Program-made: the position numbers and the translations under genes | The notes under the pieces: generated by a model | Database searches by the model: none | Told to the model about the DNA's origin: nothing | What the model saw: only the letters and a program-made list of their open reading frames with translations | Part shown: piece by piece, positions 15,637-22,313 of the stretch | Layout of the letters: each line of letters starts with the position of its first letter | Position numbering within the stretch: the stretch's first letter is position 1 | Source: a virus | Lineage: Duplodnaviria > Caudoviricetes | Direction: 5' to 3' (one strand) | Virus record (IMG/VR): IMGVR_UViG_3300012667_000814 | Location: 1-29,562 of that record | Length of the DNA: 29,562 nucleotides

Positions 15637-16243
15637 CAGCTTTGAGCTCTTTTGGAATGCCTGTACGTGTAGACATTGTAGCCAATTTAGCGATCAAAGC
15701 CTTCTTAGCCATGATAGAACCACCGAAGTAGTACTTTGTCTTCTCGCGACGAGCGACTTCCACTAGGAATGCACGGTCCTCAGCACGGTTAAAAGCGTGT
15801 GCATATGCGCCTGTCAGGGCCATTTCCTCCACTAAGATAGCGGCTCTCACCTCACCCATCGCTTCATCCGCTTCAACTGCGGCTGCATGAGCAGCTTTCT
15901 CAGCCTCACGCTCAGCACGATCGACCGCTCGTTGCGCTTGAAATGCAGCTTCTAGCTTGTCATCGTTCATTTTCAGTACAGTTCCGAGGTCACAAAGCGC
16001 AGCTAATGCGGCTGAATAGTTCTTATACGCAACCATGTCGTCTTCAACCTCTTTAGTATCGCGGCCTCCAGAAGAGGTAGACACTGAGAATGTCCATTCG
16101 TTGTCATCTTTCGTACTAAAACGACGATTGACATACAGAGTCAGCGAGCTGCCACTCCAAAAGCCCGTCACTTTGACGTTGATAGAACCCATACCGTTGC
16201 GGCCAATGCGCTCGAAATCATACTCAGCAATCTTATACATCAT
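15632..16243 (-). CDS. hypothetical early protein
   Basis: 203-aa ORF after P3; W.FSVSTSSGGRD motif; Ala-rich helical C-terminal half. Confidence 0.85.
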   Translation of the reverse strand: MMYKIAEYDFERIGRNGMGSINVKVTGFWSGSSLTLYVNRRFSTKDDNEWTFSVSTSSGGRDTKEVEDDMVAYKNYSAALAALCDLGTVLKMNDDKLEAAFQAQRAVDRAEREAEKAAHAAAVEADEAMGEVRAAILVEEMALTGAYAHAFNRAEDRAFLVEVARREKTKYYFGGSIMAKKALIAKLATMSTRTGIPKELKAA

Positions 16244-16325
16244 TCATCCTTTGTTTGCAATGACTCTATTATCAGCCCAAATCAACATTCAGTCAACGGG
16301 TAAGCTTCTACTTTGTATGGGTATT
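16244..16325 (-). promoter_or_regulatory. repeated early promoter cassette P3
   Basis: Box 16299-16325; 2-bp gap; TTGACT (16296-16291), 17 bp, GATAAT, then AGAGTCATTGCAAACAAAGGA. Confidence 0.8.
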
Positions 16326-16503
16326 AATTCATTTCAGCTTCAACCATCTCATCCAAATAATGCATCCAGTCATGGAAGTCGATGTCAAAGCTTGATGGGT
16401 CGACGGCACGCAGTACTGTGCCGTGCCCATACTCGCGACCGCCCAGCATTACTGCAGGGAACGACTCATTGAGCAGCATTTCGAATTCATCTTTGGTATA
16501 CAT
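16324..16503 (-). CDS. small conserved-type phage protein (not in the ORF track)
   Basis: MYTKDEFEMLLNESFPAVMLGGREY..GTVLRAVDP...; GGAGG RBS and TAATG overlap. Confidence 0.75.
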   Translation of the reverse strand: MYTKDEFEMLLNESFPAVMLGGREYGHGTVLRAVDPSSFDIDFHDWMHYLDEMVEAEMN

Positions 16504-16841
16504 TATTTCACCTCCACTGCTGCGTCTTTCAGGCCATCCTTTTCGAATTCCACTTTAGACACAGTGATTTGAGTCGCACGGATTGCCTCGTATAAGCTCT
16601 CACGGAAGTCAGTCAACAAATCAGCAACATAGTCCTCAACAGTCTCTTTCGCGCCTTGAATGCAGCTCTCCACCTCACTGAACGTCTTATATTCTGTGCC
16701 GGCATCGCTGATCATATCAATGTGAGCTTCAACTTGATTGCCAACCAGCTGTGCAGCCAATGCGGCGATCATCTCTTTGTCATACAGCATTTTCTGCAAG
16801 TAAGCTGTGTTGACGGGTTGTGAGCGTGGAACGATGATCAT
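16503..16841 (-). CDS. hypothetical early protein
   Basis: 112-aa ORF after the P4 RBS (AAAGGA). Confidence 0.8.
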   Translation of the reverse strand: MIIVPRSQPVNTAYLQKMLYDKEMIAALAAQLVGNQVEAHIDMISDAGTEYKTFSEVESCIQGAKETVEDYVADLLTDFRESLYEAIRATQITVSKVEFEKDGLKDAAVEVK

Positions 16842-16934
16842 ATGATTTCCTTTGTTTGTATGACTCTATTATAAGGCCGTTTGGTCTTTTGGACAACTCA
16901 GCACGAAAGTATCAGATCAATCCGTAAGCTCATT
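16842..16934 (-). promoter_or_regulatory. repeated early promoter cassette P4
   Basis: Box 16908-16934; 11-bp gap; TTGTCC (16896-16891), 17 bp, TATAAT, then AGAGTCATACAAACAAAGGA. Confidence 0.85.
16860..16897. repeat. 38-bp perfect inverted repeat, left arm
   Basis: Its reverse complement GTTGTCCAAAAGACCAAACGGCCTTATAATAGAGTCAT is identical to 17515-17552. Confidence 0.9.
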
Positions 16935-17295
16935 ATTGAGGGATGTTGACTTCTTTAATGATTGGGAAGGGGATTCGCTCTTTAGTAAAGCACGCCCACT
17001 CTTGATTGAATTCATCAAACAGATAGACATAATCGAAACAACCGTTCAAAGCTTCCTCAACGCTAGCATACTGCTCAGCACTGCAGTCCTCATCATCCCC
17101 AAAGCAAGCATACTGGCCATCATGATCAAAGTTGCGAATCTGCCCACGCTTAAGCAAAGACAGCATGTTGTCATATGATTTGTGGTGCTGTTGCAGAATC
17201 TTACCGACGTGCTCAGGGTAGCCGTCATAATGGCAGTATGCACCAAGAATCTTATCAGTCTCAGCCTGATAGCCGATCAGTGAACGTGTGCTCAT
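16933..17295 (-). CDS. conserved phage protein (MSTRS...YCHYDGYPEHVG family)
   Basis: Widespread phage motif; start set at ATG 17295 behind AAAGGAG. Confidence 0.85.
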   Translation of the reverse strand: MSTRSLIGYQAETDKILGAYCHYDGYPEHVGKILQQHHKSYDNMLSLLKRGQIRNFDHDGQYACFGDDEDCSAEQYASVEEALNGCFDYVYLFDEFNQEWACFTKERIPFPIIKEVNIPQ

Positions 17296-17381
17296 ATCAT
17301 TCTCCTTTGTTTGCAATGACTCTATTATAAGGTATTTTCACAAACACGTCAACCAATACCCTTCAACTCAGTCCTGGTACT
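17296..17381 (-). promoter_or_regulatory. repeated early promoter cassette P5
   Basis: Box 17355-17381; 2-bp gap; TTGACG (17352-17347), 17 bp, TATAAT, then AGAGTCATTGCAAACAAAGGAG. Confidence 0.85.
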
Positions 17382-17391
17382 TCCACTCTAG

Positions 17392-17420
17392 TTGTATACT
17401 TGTCTATACTTGTGTATAAT
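17392..17420 (+). promoter_or_regulatory. additional rightward sigma70-like promoter within 10-bp periodic repeats
   Basis: TTGTAT (17392-17397), 17 bp, TATAAT (17415-17420); GTTGTATACT/TGTCTATACT/TGTGTATAAT. Confidence 0.5.
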
Positions 17421-17477
17421 TGGAAGCATTCGAAAGTAGACTGGGATGGACGGCATCAGCGGACAAACGACTCTCAC

Positions 17478-17569
17478 AATACCCTTCAACTTCGGTCTGA
17501 TACTAACAGCCTATGTTGTCCAAAAGACCAAACGGCCTTATAATAGAGTCATTCTAAAGGAGAAAACGT
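17478..17569 (+). promoter_or_regulatory. repeated early promoter cassette P6 (inverted orientation)
   Basis: Box 17478-17504; 11-bp gap; TTGTCC (17516-17521), 17 bp, TATAAT (17539-17544), then AGAGTCATTCTAAAGGAG. Confidence 0.85.
17515..17552. repeat. 38-bp perfect inverted repeat, right arm
   Basis: Identical to the reverse complement of 16860-16897. Confidence 0.9.
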
Positions 17570-17872
17570 ATGTCATTCAAGTTCGGTGTTTCTTACAATT
17601 GTTCGGTCGACAACGATTGTGTTGGTGGCTTCGATGAGGGTTTTGCATCATTGGATATGGTTGGCAATGATATGATTAAGGTGATCAATCATATCACTAA
17701 CTACGAAAACGATACAGATTTGATCTGTGTTCGTGAAGGTGGGTACGTTGGTAAGCAATGCTCACAGGGTGGCAAGGTTGTAGCATACTTCGGTTATGAT
17801 GATGGTGATGGCGAAATCTACCCAACTATTGTCGTTTTCGAAGATCCATCCGATTTGACTGTGATTGAGTGA
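17570..17872 (+). CDS. acidic hypothetical early protein
   Basis: 100-aa ORF after the P6 RBS. Confidence 0.8.
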   Translation: MSFKFGVSYNCSVDNDCVGGFDEGFASLDMVGNDMIKVINHITNYENDTDLICVREGGYVGKQCSQGGKVVAYFGYDDGDGEIYPTIVVFEDPSDLTVIE

Positions 17873-17882
17873 AGGAATAGTG

Positions 17883-17981
17883 ATGACTGATACTTTTGCA
17901 GCTGAGGTAGAGGAATTAGAGGCACTCTGTGAAGAGTTCGACTATTATGCTAACCAAGAAAGTGAGTTTGACTATGTTTGA
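17883..17981 (+). CDS. very acidic 32-aa peptide (not in the ORF track)
   Basis: MTDTFAAEVEELEALCEEFDYYANQESEFDYV; AAGGA RBS. Confidence 0.5.
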   Translation: MTDTFAAEVEELEALCEEFDYYANQESEFDYV

Positions 17982-18153
17982 TCACCTGATGGATGAGGTA
18001 GCTTGTATTAATCAAGCATACGGTTGGGTTGGCTGTTTCGATGCAATCCAGTACATCTACGAGAATCGCGACGAATATGCTGGTACTAAAGTGTACCGCG
18101 AAATCCAGATCTTTATGCGCCAAGGGGCAGAATTGTTCAAGGAGAAGGTATGA
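17974..18153 (+). CDS. hypothetical protein
   Basis: ATG 17974 overlaps the upstream peptide end; MFDHLMDEVACI... Confidence 0.65.
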   Translation: MFDHLMDEVACINQAYGWVGCFDAIQYIYENRDEYAGTKVYREIQIFMRQGAELFKEKV

Positions 18154-18371
18154 GTAAGTATATTGTGACACGCCAGAACGCAGATGGTAGCTATGATGAC
18201 GTAGGTATGAATAACCGATGCATTATTAGCGGATATAAGACATTCCGTAACGCTTTCAAGTACGGCATCAAACCATTCGGCAACGGAAAGCGCGTTAGAG
18301 TAGAAGTGTATGGAGATAGCGTCCACAGTAAGCCTTTAGGCGTATACACATATACTACTACAGGGGCGTAA
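18150..18371 (+). CDS. hypothetical protein
   Basis: ATGA overlap; AAGGAG RBS. Confidence 0.75.
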   Translation: MSKYIVTRQNADGSYDDVGMNNRCIISGYKTFRNAFKYGIKPFGNGKRVRVEVYGDSVHSKPLGVYTYTTTGA

Positions 18372-18372
18372 T

Positions 18373-18579
18373 ATGGCTAGAAAGTGGTACTCTGTAGTAA
18401 AAACTGAACACAAATTTGCGCACGGCGGTGGCACTTTAATGGCAGGCAGTGTGTGTAACGTAGCTAAGTTTAGTGATATGCTGGTGCGTGTAACACAAGT
18501 GCATGGGAGCGAATGTACCTACTACCTTACCCCAGAGCAGTGCCGCACTAATCATGACTGCACCCACACTGGACCTTAA
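18373..18579 (+). CDS. hypothetical protein
   Basis: 68-aa ORF, last gene of the plus-strand early unit. Confidence 0.6.
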   Translation: MARKWYSVVKTEHKFAHGGGTLMAGSVCNVAKFSDMLVRVTQVHGSECTYYLTPEQCRTNHDCTHTGP

Positions 18580-18917
18580 TAGCGCCATGGAACAGTCGTT
18601 TCTGCTGAGTGAGGCAGCGTATTGCTGAACCTTTTTAGCCTTCACGTTAAACCCCTTTAAAAACACGGCAAAACACGGCTAAACGACGTATCAGTTTAAG
18701 ATAAGTCTCTAACCCCGCACGATATATGGAACCGTTCTATTGCACGTAGAAACGGTTTCCCTTTGTAACTATTGCCTGCTACAGATCCCTGTACCTATCG
18801 TATTAGGTTAAGATAAGAATTATCTTTTGTAAGATAAGAACTTTATTGCTATCCGTATAATCAATGATATAACTAAATATCATCTGTTACTCTCTACCCC
18901 CTTACTACTATACTATT
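18580..18917. other. 338-bp non-coding element (right boundary of the early island); possible origin-like region
   Basis: Tandem AAAACACGGC (18660-18679); TAAGATAAG at 18697, 18809 and 18830; imperfect inverted repeat 18728-18760; AT-rich 3' part. Confidence 0.55.
18872..18879 (+). promoter_or_regulatory. possible T4-type late promoter (TATAAATA-like)
   Basis: ACTAAATA 38 nt upstream of the NUMOD3 gene pair. Confidence 0.45.
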
Positions 18918-19193
18918 ATGAATGAATCATATAAAGATCGTCCTTCCCGCTCTGCTGCTGTTAAGCAAGCAATCTCTCGTGCCATGAAAGGTAAGAGCAA
19001 TTTTGAAGGAAAGACACATAGCAAGAAGTCTAAGGATGAGATTGCTATGAAGCGTGGTCATGATGATCGTATAGACGGCAAGAAGTGGTCTCGCGATGTC
19101 AATACTGGTAAAGAGAATCGTACGCACGGCTTACCTGATCATCATAAGTGGGGACGCCGTAAGTCTTTCACTAAGTGGCTAAAGGGTGAATGA
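18918..19193 (+). CDS. NUMOD3-motif DNA-binding protein with no nuclease domain seen
   Basis: AISRAMKGKSNFEGKTHSKKSK and KW..D..TGKE.R...P....WGR. Confidence 0.75.
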   Translation: MNESYKDRPSRSAAVKQAISRAMKGKSNFEGKTHSKKSKDEIAMKRGHDDRIDGKKWSRDVNTGKENRTHGLPDHHKWGRRKSFTKWLKGE

Positions 19194-19196
19194 TCT

Positions 19197-19739
19197 ATGG
19201 TACGCGTGTTCTTATTCGATAATCAACTAATCATTACTAAGAAGAATGAGCGTGAGTTTCGTGACGTTTTTGGTAAGCGTTTCGAGCTTGTGGAGATTAT
19301 CAATGATGAGAAGAACATTGAGGATAAGGTCAGCCAGCTAGAGAAGGTCTATAAGGTTCCTGTATGTTTAGACGGGCGTTTTAAGAAGAAACTAAAGCTC
19401 GGCTGGAAATATATGACAGAGGAACAACGGGAAAAGACGGTGATTGCAGTTAAGCAATACCGTACTGGCCGTAAATGGGAAAGTGAAGTGAAAGAGAAGA
19501 TTGCTGCATCACGTGCAGGTGTTGGCAACTTTGAAGGAAAGAAGCATTCTATCGAATCTCGTATCATGACTTCTATGAGCATGAAAGGCAATACTAATTC
19601 TACCGGCTTGAAATGGGCGCACGACCCAATGACCGGTAAAGAAACTAGACTGAAAGAAGGTAGTACACTTCCGCCCGGCTTTACTTGGGGGCGGACGGGC
19701 GAGATTGCCGATTGGTTCCGCAATAATCGGATAGTATAA
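19197..19739 (+). CDS. NUMOD3-motif protein with an uncharacterised N-terminal domain
   Basis: KEKIAASRAGVGNFEGKKHSIES and KWAHDPMTGKETR...PPGFTWGR; no GIY-YIG or HNH motif seen. Confidence 0.75.
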   Translation: MVRVFLFDNQLIITKKNEREFRDVFGKRFELVEIINDEKNIEDKVSQLEKVYKVPVCLDGRFKKKLKLGWKYMTEEQREKTVIAVKQYRTGRKWESEVKEKIAASRAGVGNFEGKKHSIESRIMTSMSMKGNTNSTGLKWAHDPMTGKETRLKEGSTLPPGFTWGRTGEIADWFRNNRIV

Positions 19740-19935
19740 CATCCGTCACGCTAGCTGCAGTGTCTATGCGTTCTTCGATCTGATCATAGATCTTACATAT
19801 CACCAAAGTCTGCAATACAGAAATCTCCTGCTCATCCAATTGAGCAAGCAAATGCGGACTATTAAACTCCTCTAGCGGAATTCCGAATATCTCATCCGGC
19901 TCATCAAATAGGTAATCGTACTTGTTATCCATCAC
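19681..19935 (-). CDS. acidic hypothetical protein
   Basis: 84-aa ORF preceded by CTAAATA and GGGGG; 3' end overlaps the convergent gene by 59 nt. Confidence 0.55.
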   Translation of the reverse strand: MMDNKYDYLFDEPDEIFGIPLEEFNSPHLLAQLDEQEISVLQTLVICKIYDQIEERIDTAASVTDVILSDYCGTNRQSRPSAPK

Positions 19936-19956
19936 AACCCCCTTGTTATATGAGGG

Positions 19957-19963
19957 TATTTAG
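19957..19963 (-). promoter_or_regulatory. possible T4-type late promoter
   Basis: CTAAATA about 21 nt upstream of ORF 19681-19935. Confidence 0.4.
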
Positions 19964-20229
19964 AAGTTGTTTGGATCGAACCCCTGCACCGTCCCCGTTA
20001 CCTGACCCTCCATTATATCATAGTTTGCAGTCGTTTGCACACCCTGAGCCTTCATCAATGCAAGGACGGCACCGAGATAATCACCATACGGACCACTGTG
20101 CAACCTATACTCCCTCTCAGTAGGCTCAACATACTGATTGTTCTCAATCCCCCAATTATCCCAGTACTGGACAATATACCACGCTTCCAATACTATCGGA
20201 CCTTGCGGTACACCCACTCGATACTTCAT
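19960..20229 (-). CDS. hypothetical protein
   Basis: 89-aa ORF with ATGA overlap. Confidence 0.65.
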   Translation of the reverse strand: MKYRVGVPQGPIVLEAWYIVQYWDNWGIENNQYVEPTEREYRLHSGPYGDYLGAVLALMKAQGVQTTANYDIMEGQVTGTVQGFDPNNF

Positions 20230-20378
20230 AATTCAATCGCCTTATACCTATTACACTTATTGCATTGATATACAACTTGTACTTCTGTCACCCCATGATC
20301 CCAATTGACCTTACGCGTAGTAATAGGCTTCCATGAGTGCCAACACCCATGCCATAACAGCTCAAATAACCTGATCAT
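20226..20378 (-). CDS. small Cys/His zinc-ribbon-like protein (not in the ORF track)
   Basis: MIRLFELLWHGCWHSW...YQCNKCNRYK; ATGA overlaps at both ends. Confidence 0.65.
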   Translation of the reverse strand: MIRLFELLWHGCWHSWKPITTRKVNWDHGVTEVQVVYQCNKCNRYKAIEL

Positions 20379-20569
20379 CGCGCAAATTCACCAGACTCAA
20401 CAACAATAGGACCACGGCGCGACTTCTCAACCTCTTCCCTTGCCTGCTCTAGCGTCTCAACATCAATACTGTACGTGTCATTGATTATCCCGTAACACGT
20501 ACTGACATCCCACACAACCTTATACGTGCGGTCTGCCTTCTCAACGATCTTATACTTGTACTTTCTCAT
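20375..20569 (-). CDS. hypothetical protein
   Basis: 64-aa ORF with GAGG RBS. Confidence 0.65.
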   Translation of the reverse strand: MRKYKYKIVEKADRTYKVVWDVSTCYGIINDTYSIDVETLEQAREEVEKSRRGPIVVESGEFAR

Positions 20570-20575
20570 ACAACC

Positions 20576-20974
20576 TCACACAGATTGCGCCATCTCATCC
20601 AAGCTAGCAGTGATTGGCAAGATACGGTTGTACTGCAACGTACTGATCTGATCGAACTTCACTTCCACACGATCATACTGCTGATCGCCAGGAATGTCAG
20701 AATTGTAGAAACTCCAAGCAAACGGATCAGTCGTTCCCTTCTGATAATATACATGCTTCTTCGCTGGCGTGCTAATCTGAGCGAACTTCTGCTTCTCATA
20801 CTTGCTGTCACGCCAATTGAACGCCTCACGCTCAATGTAACCGATGTACTTGACCTTCTTGACCGATACACGGCCAGTGCATGTAGTCACAGCAAATGCC
20901 TCATCATTAGGATGAATCACCTGACCGAAGTCATTAATGAACGGTGCTACAATACGTTTTGTTCTCGATGTCAT
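20576..20974 (-). CDS. hypothetical protein
   Basis: Start set at ATG 20974 (GAGGA RBS). Confidence 0.7.
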   Translation of the reverse strand: MTSRTKRIVAPFINDFGQVIHPNDEAFAVTTCTGRVSVKKVKYIGYIEREAFNWRDSKYEKQKFAQISTPAKKHVYYQKGTTDPFAWSFYNSDIPGDQQYDRVEVKFDQISTLQYNRILPITASLDEMAQSV

Positions 20975-20987
20975 ATCAATTTCCTCA

Positions 20988-21230
20988 TTATAAACTAACC
21001 CAATCGTGCATTTCGCACATCCCATGCTTTGTATCAAACAAGACAATCCTATCTGTCTCTGGACTGACACAAGCATACGCAACCATCGTCGTTATCGGCT
21101 TCTTCAGCCATTGTCTAGTGTTCCATGGATGTCCCACAGCAGGCTTCTGATACTTACAGTTACAGCAGCACCTACCAGATGAATTGCCATCCTTCAGCGC
21201 CCAGCCTTCATAGCATAGATCCGGTGTCAC
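20988..21230 (-). CDS. Cys-rich small protein
   Basis: GRCCCNCKY...HPWN...YAC...HGMCEMH; ATGA overlap. Confidence 0.75.
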   Translation of the reverse strand: MTPDLCYEGWALKDGNSSGRCCCNCKYQKPAVGHPWNTRQWLKKPITTMVAYACVSPETDRIVLFDTKHGMCEMHDWVSL

Positions 21231-21412
21231 TCGTCGTCCTCATTATACCCCACTTCGTTACAAATATCTTCAATCAGCTGCAATGCATTCTCAGCAATAC
21301 GATCTGTCTGGTATATCGTTTCCATACAATGAACGTCCTGCTTCTTAATGAACGTCTGGCAGATACGCCACAACGCAGCCATCTCTGGTACACTTGGCTC
21401 ATCATTAATCAT
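21227..21412 (-). CDS. hypothetical protein
   Basis: C.ETIYQTDRI...IEDIC.EVGY; GGAGG RBS. Confidence 0.75.
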   Translation of the reverse strand: MINDEPSVPEMAALWRICQTFIKKQDVHCMETIYQTDRIAENALQLIEDICNEVGYNEDDE

Positions 21413-21432
21413 ATTACCTCCAATTATACGCT

Positions 21433-21460
21433 ATTATAGCACATATGATCGAGACCACAA
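21433..21460 (-). promoter_or_regulatory. extended -10 sigma70 promoter
   Basis: TTGTGG, 16 bp, TATAAT (21438-21433) preceded by TG-C. Confidence 0.55.
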
Positions 21461-21477
21461 CGTCTGCAATCAAAACT

Positions 21478-21834
21478 TTAGTGAAAGTATCCTTCATACA
21501 TTTCCACATAGACAGGCATACCCTTCTTGGTTGCCGTCTCAATCATATTCTTAGTTCCACGAGACTTACCGTCCCAGATAGCAATCAATGCATCAGCATA
21601 CTCAGCCATCTTCCCGTTACGAATAGGACCAGCAGCACGTCCGTTACGATTCCAATCAGCCATGAACACAGCCAACAGCTTGTCATTCTCATTAGCATAC
21701 CGCTCACCGAGAGCATCAACCCCTTTTGCTCCACCGGATACTACTTGTTCGATGTCGAATCCAGAGTTCTCAATAGCTTTGAGGACTACATCATAATCGT
21801 GGAAGTCTCGTCCACCAGCAATGATTACTCGCAT
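21478..21834 (-). CDS. YspA/cpYpsA-related SLOG family protein (DUF2493-like)
   Basis: VIIAGGRDF, VSGGAKGVD, ADW...GRAAGPIRN..M and WDGKSRGTKNMI. Confidence 0.9.
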   Translation of the reverse strand: MRVIIAGGRDFHDYDVVLKAIENSGFDIEQVVSGGAKGVDALGERYANENDKLLAVFMADWNRNGRAAGPIRNGKMAEYADALIAIWDGKSRGTKNMIETATKKGMPVYVEMYEGYFH

Positions 21835-22313
21835 TCGCTCACTCGCTCTTCATATACAGTCGTTGGAGTATACGGAAACGTGACATACACACGACTGTCA
21901 CGGTTAGTGTAGTGTGATTTGAATTTACGAGTACCGGGATAACCTTCCTCATCATCATCTAATGGCCGCTCGCACCACTCCCAGAACACTTTACCGTTGA
22001 TGTCATATGCACCATTCTCATCCTTGAACACATGACTTGCGCGTCTGTTCTGATATGTCACACATCCACTCTCACGTGATACGTCCATCCACTCATCATC
22101 AGCACCCGTCAGAGGCGATAGTGGTTCATACTTCATCAGCTTCGAAAGGATGTTGATGGCATAGCTAGCAGAGAATCCACTATGACCCTCTTTGCTAAAC
22201 TCCTCAATCATATGGAGAATGTGCTTTCGCATCTCCCCATTCATATCACCATCTTCAGTCATGCCAATCAGGTCAAGCTCACGTTCAGCGTGTGTGTATA
22301 GCGTCTTACTCAT
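21825..22313 (-). CDS. conserved phage protein
   Basis: HAERELDLIG...FS.EGHSGFSA...PLSPLTG.DDEW...YQN.R.S.VFKD. Confidence 0.85.
   Translation of the reverse strand: MSKTLYTHAERELDLIGMTEDGDMNGEMRKHILHMIEEFSKEGHSGFSASYAINILSKLMKYEPLSPLTGADDEWMDVSRESGCVTYQNRRASHVFKDENGAYDINGKVFWEWCERPLDDDEEGYPGTRKFKSHYTNRDSRVYVTFPYTPTTVYEERVSECE

Noticed and set aside
16810-16838. Possible antisense promoter TTGACG-17-GATGAT at the start of ORF 16503-16841
   Set aside because: The -10 matches only 4/6 and lies in coding sequence with a good RBS-supported start; support is insufficient.
14860-17560. Repeated ~40-bp sequences as a CRISPR array
   Set aside because: Copies are hundreds of bp apart, irregularly spaced, in both orientations, contain -35/-10/RBS elements and are separated by intact genes; no cas genes are present.
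17446-17637. ORF MDGISGQTT... on the plus strand
   Set aside because: It runs through the P6 box, promoter and RBS and overlaps the next gene out of frame.
18918-19739. Active homing endonuclease or intron
   Set aside because: No catalytic GIY-YIG, HNH or LAGLIDADG motif is seen, and no interrupted host gene flanks the ORFs.
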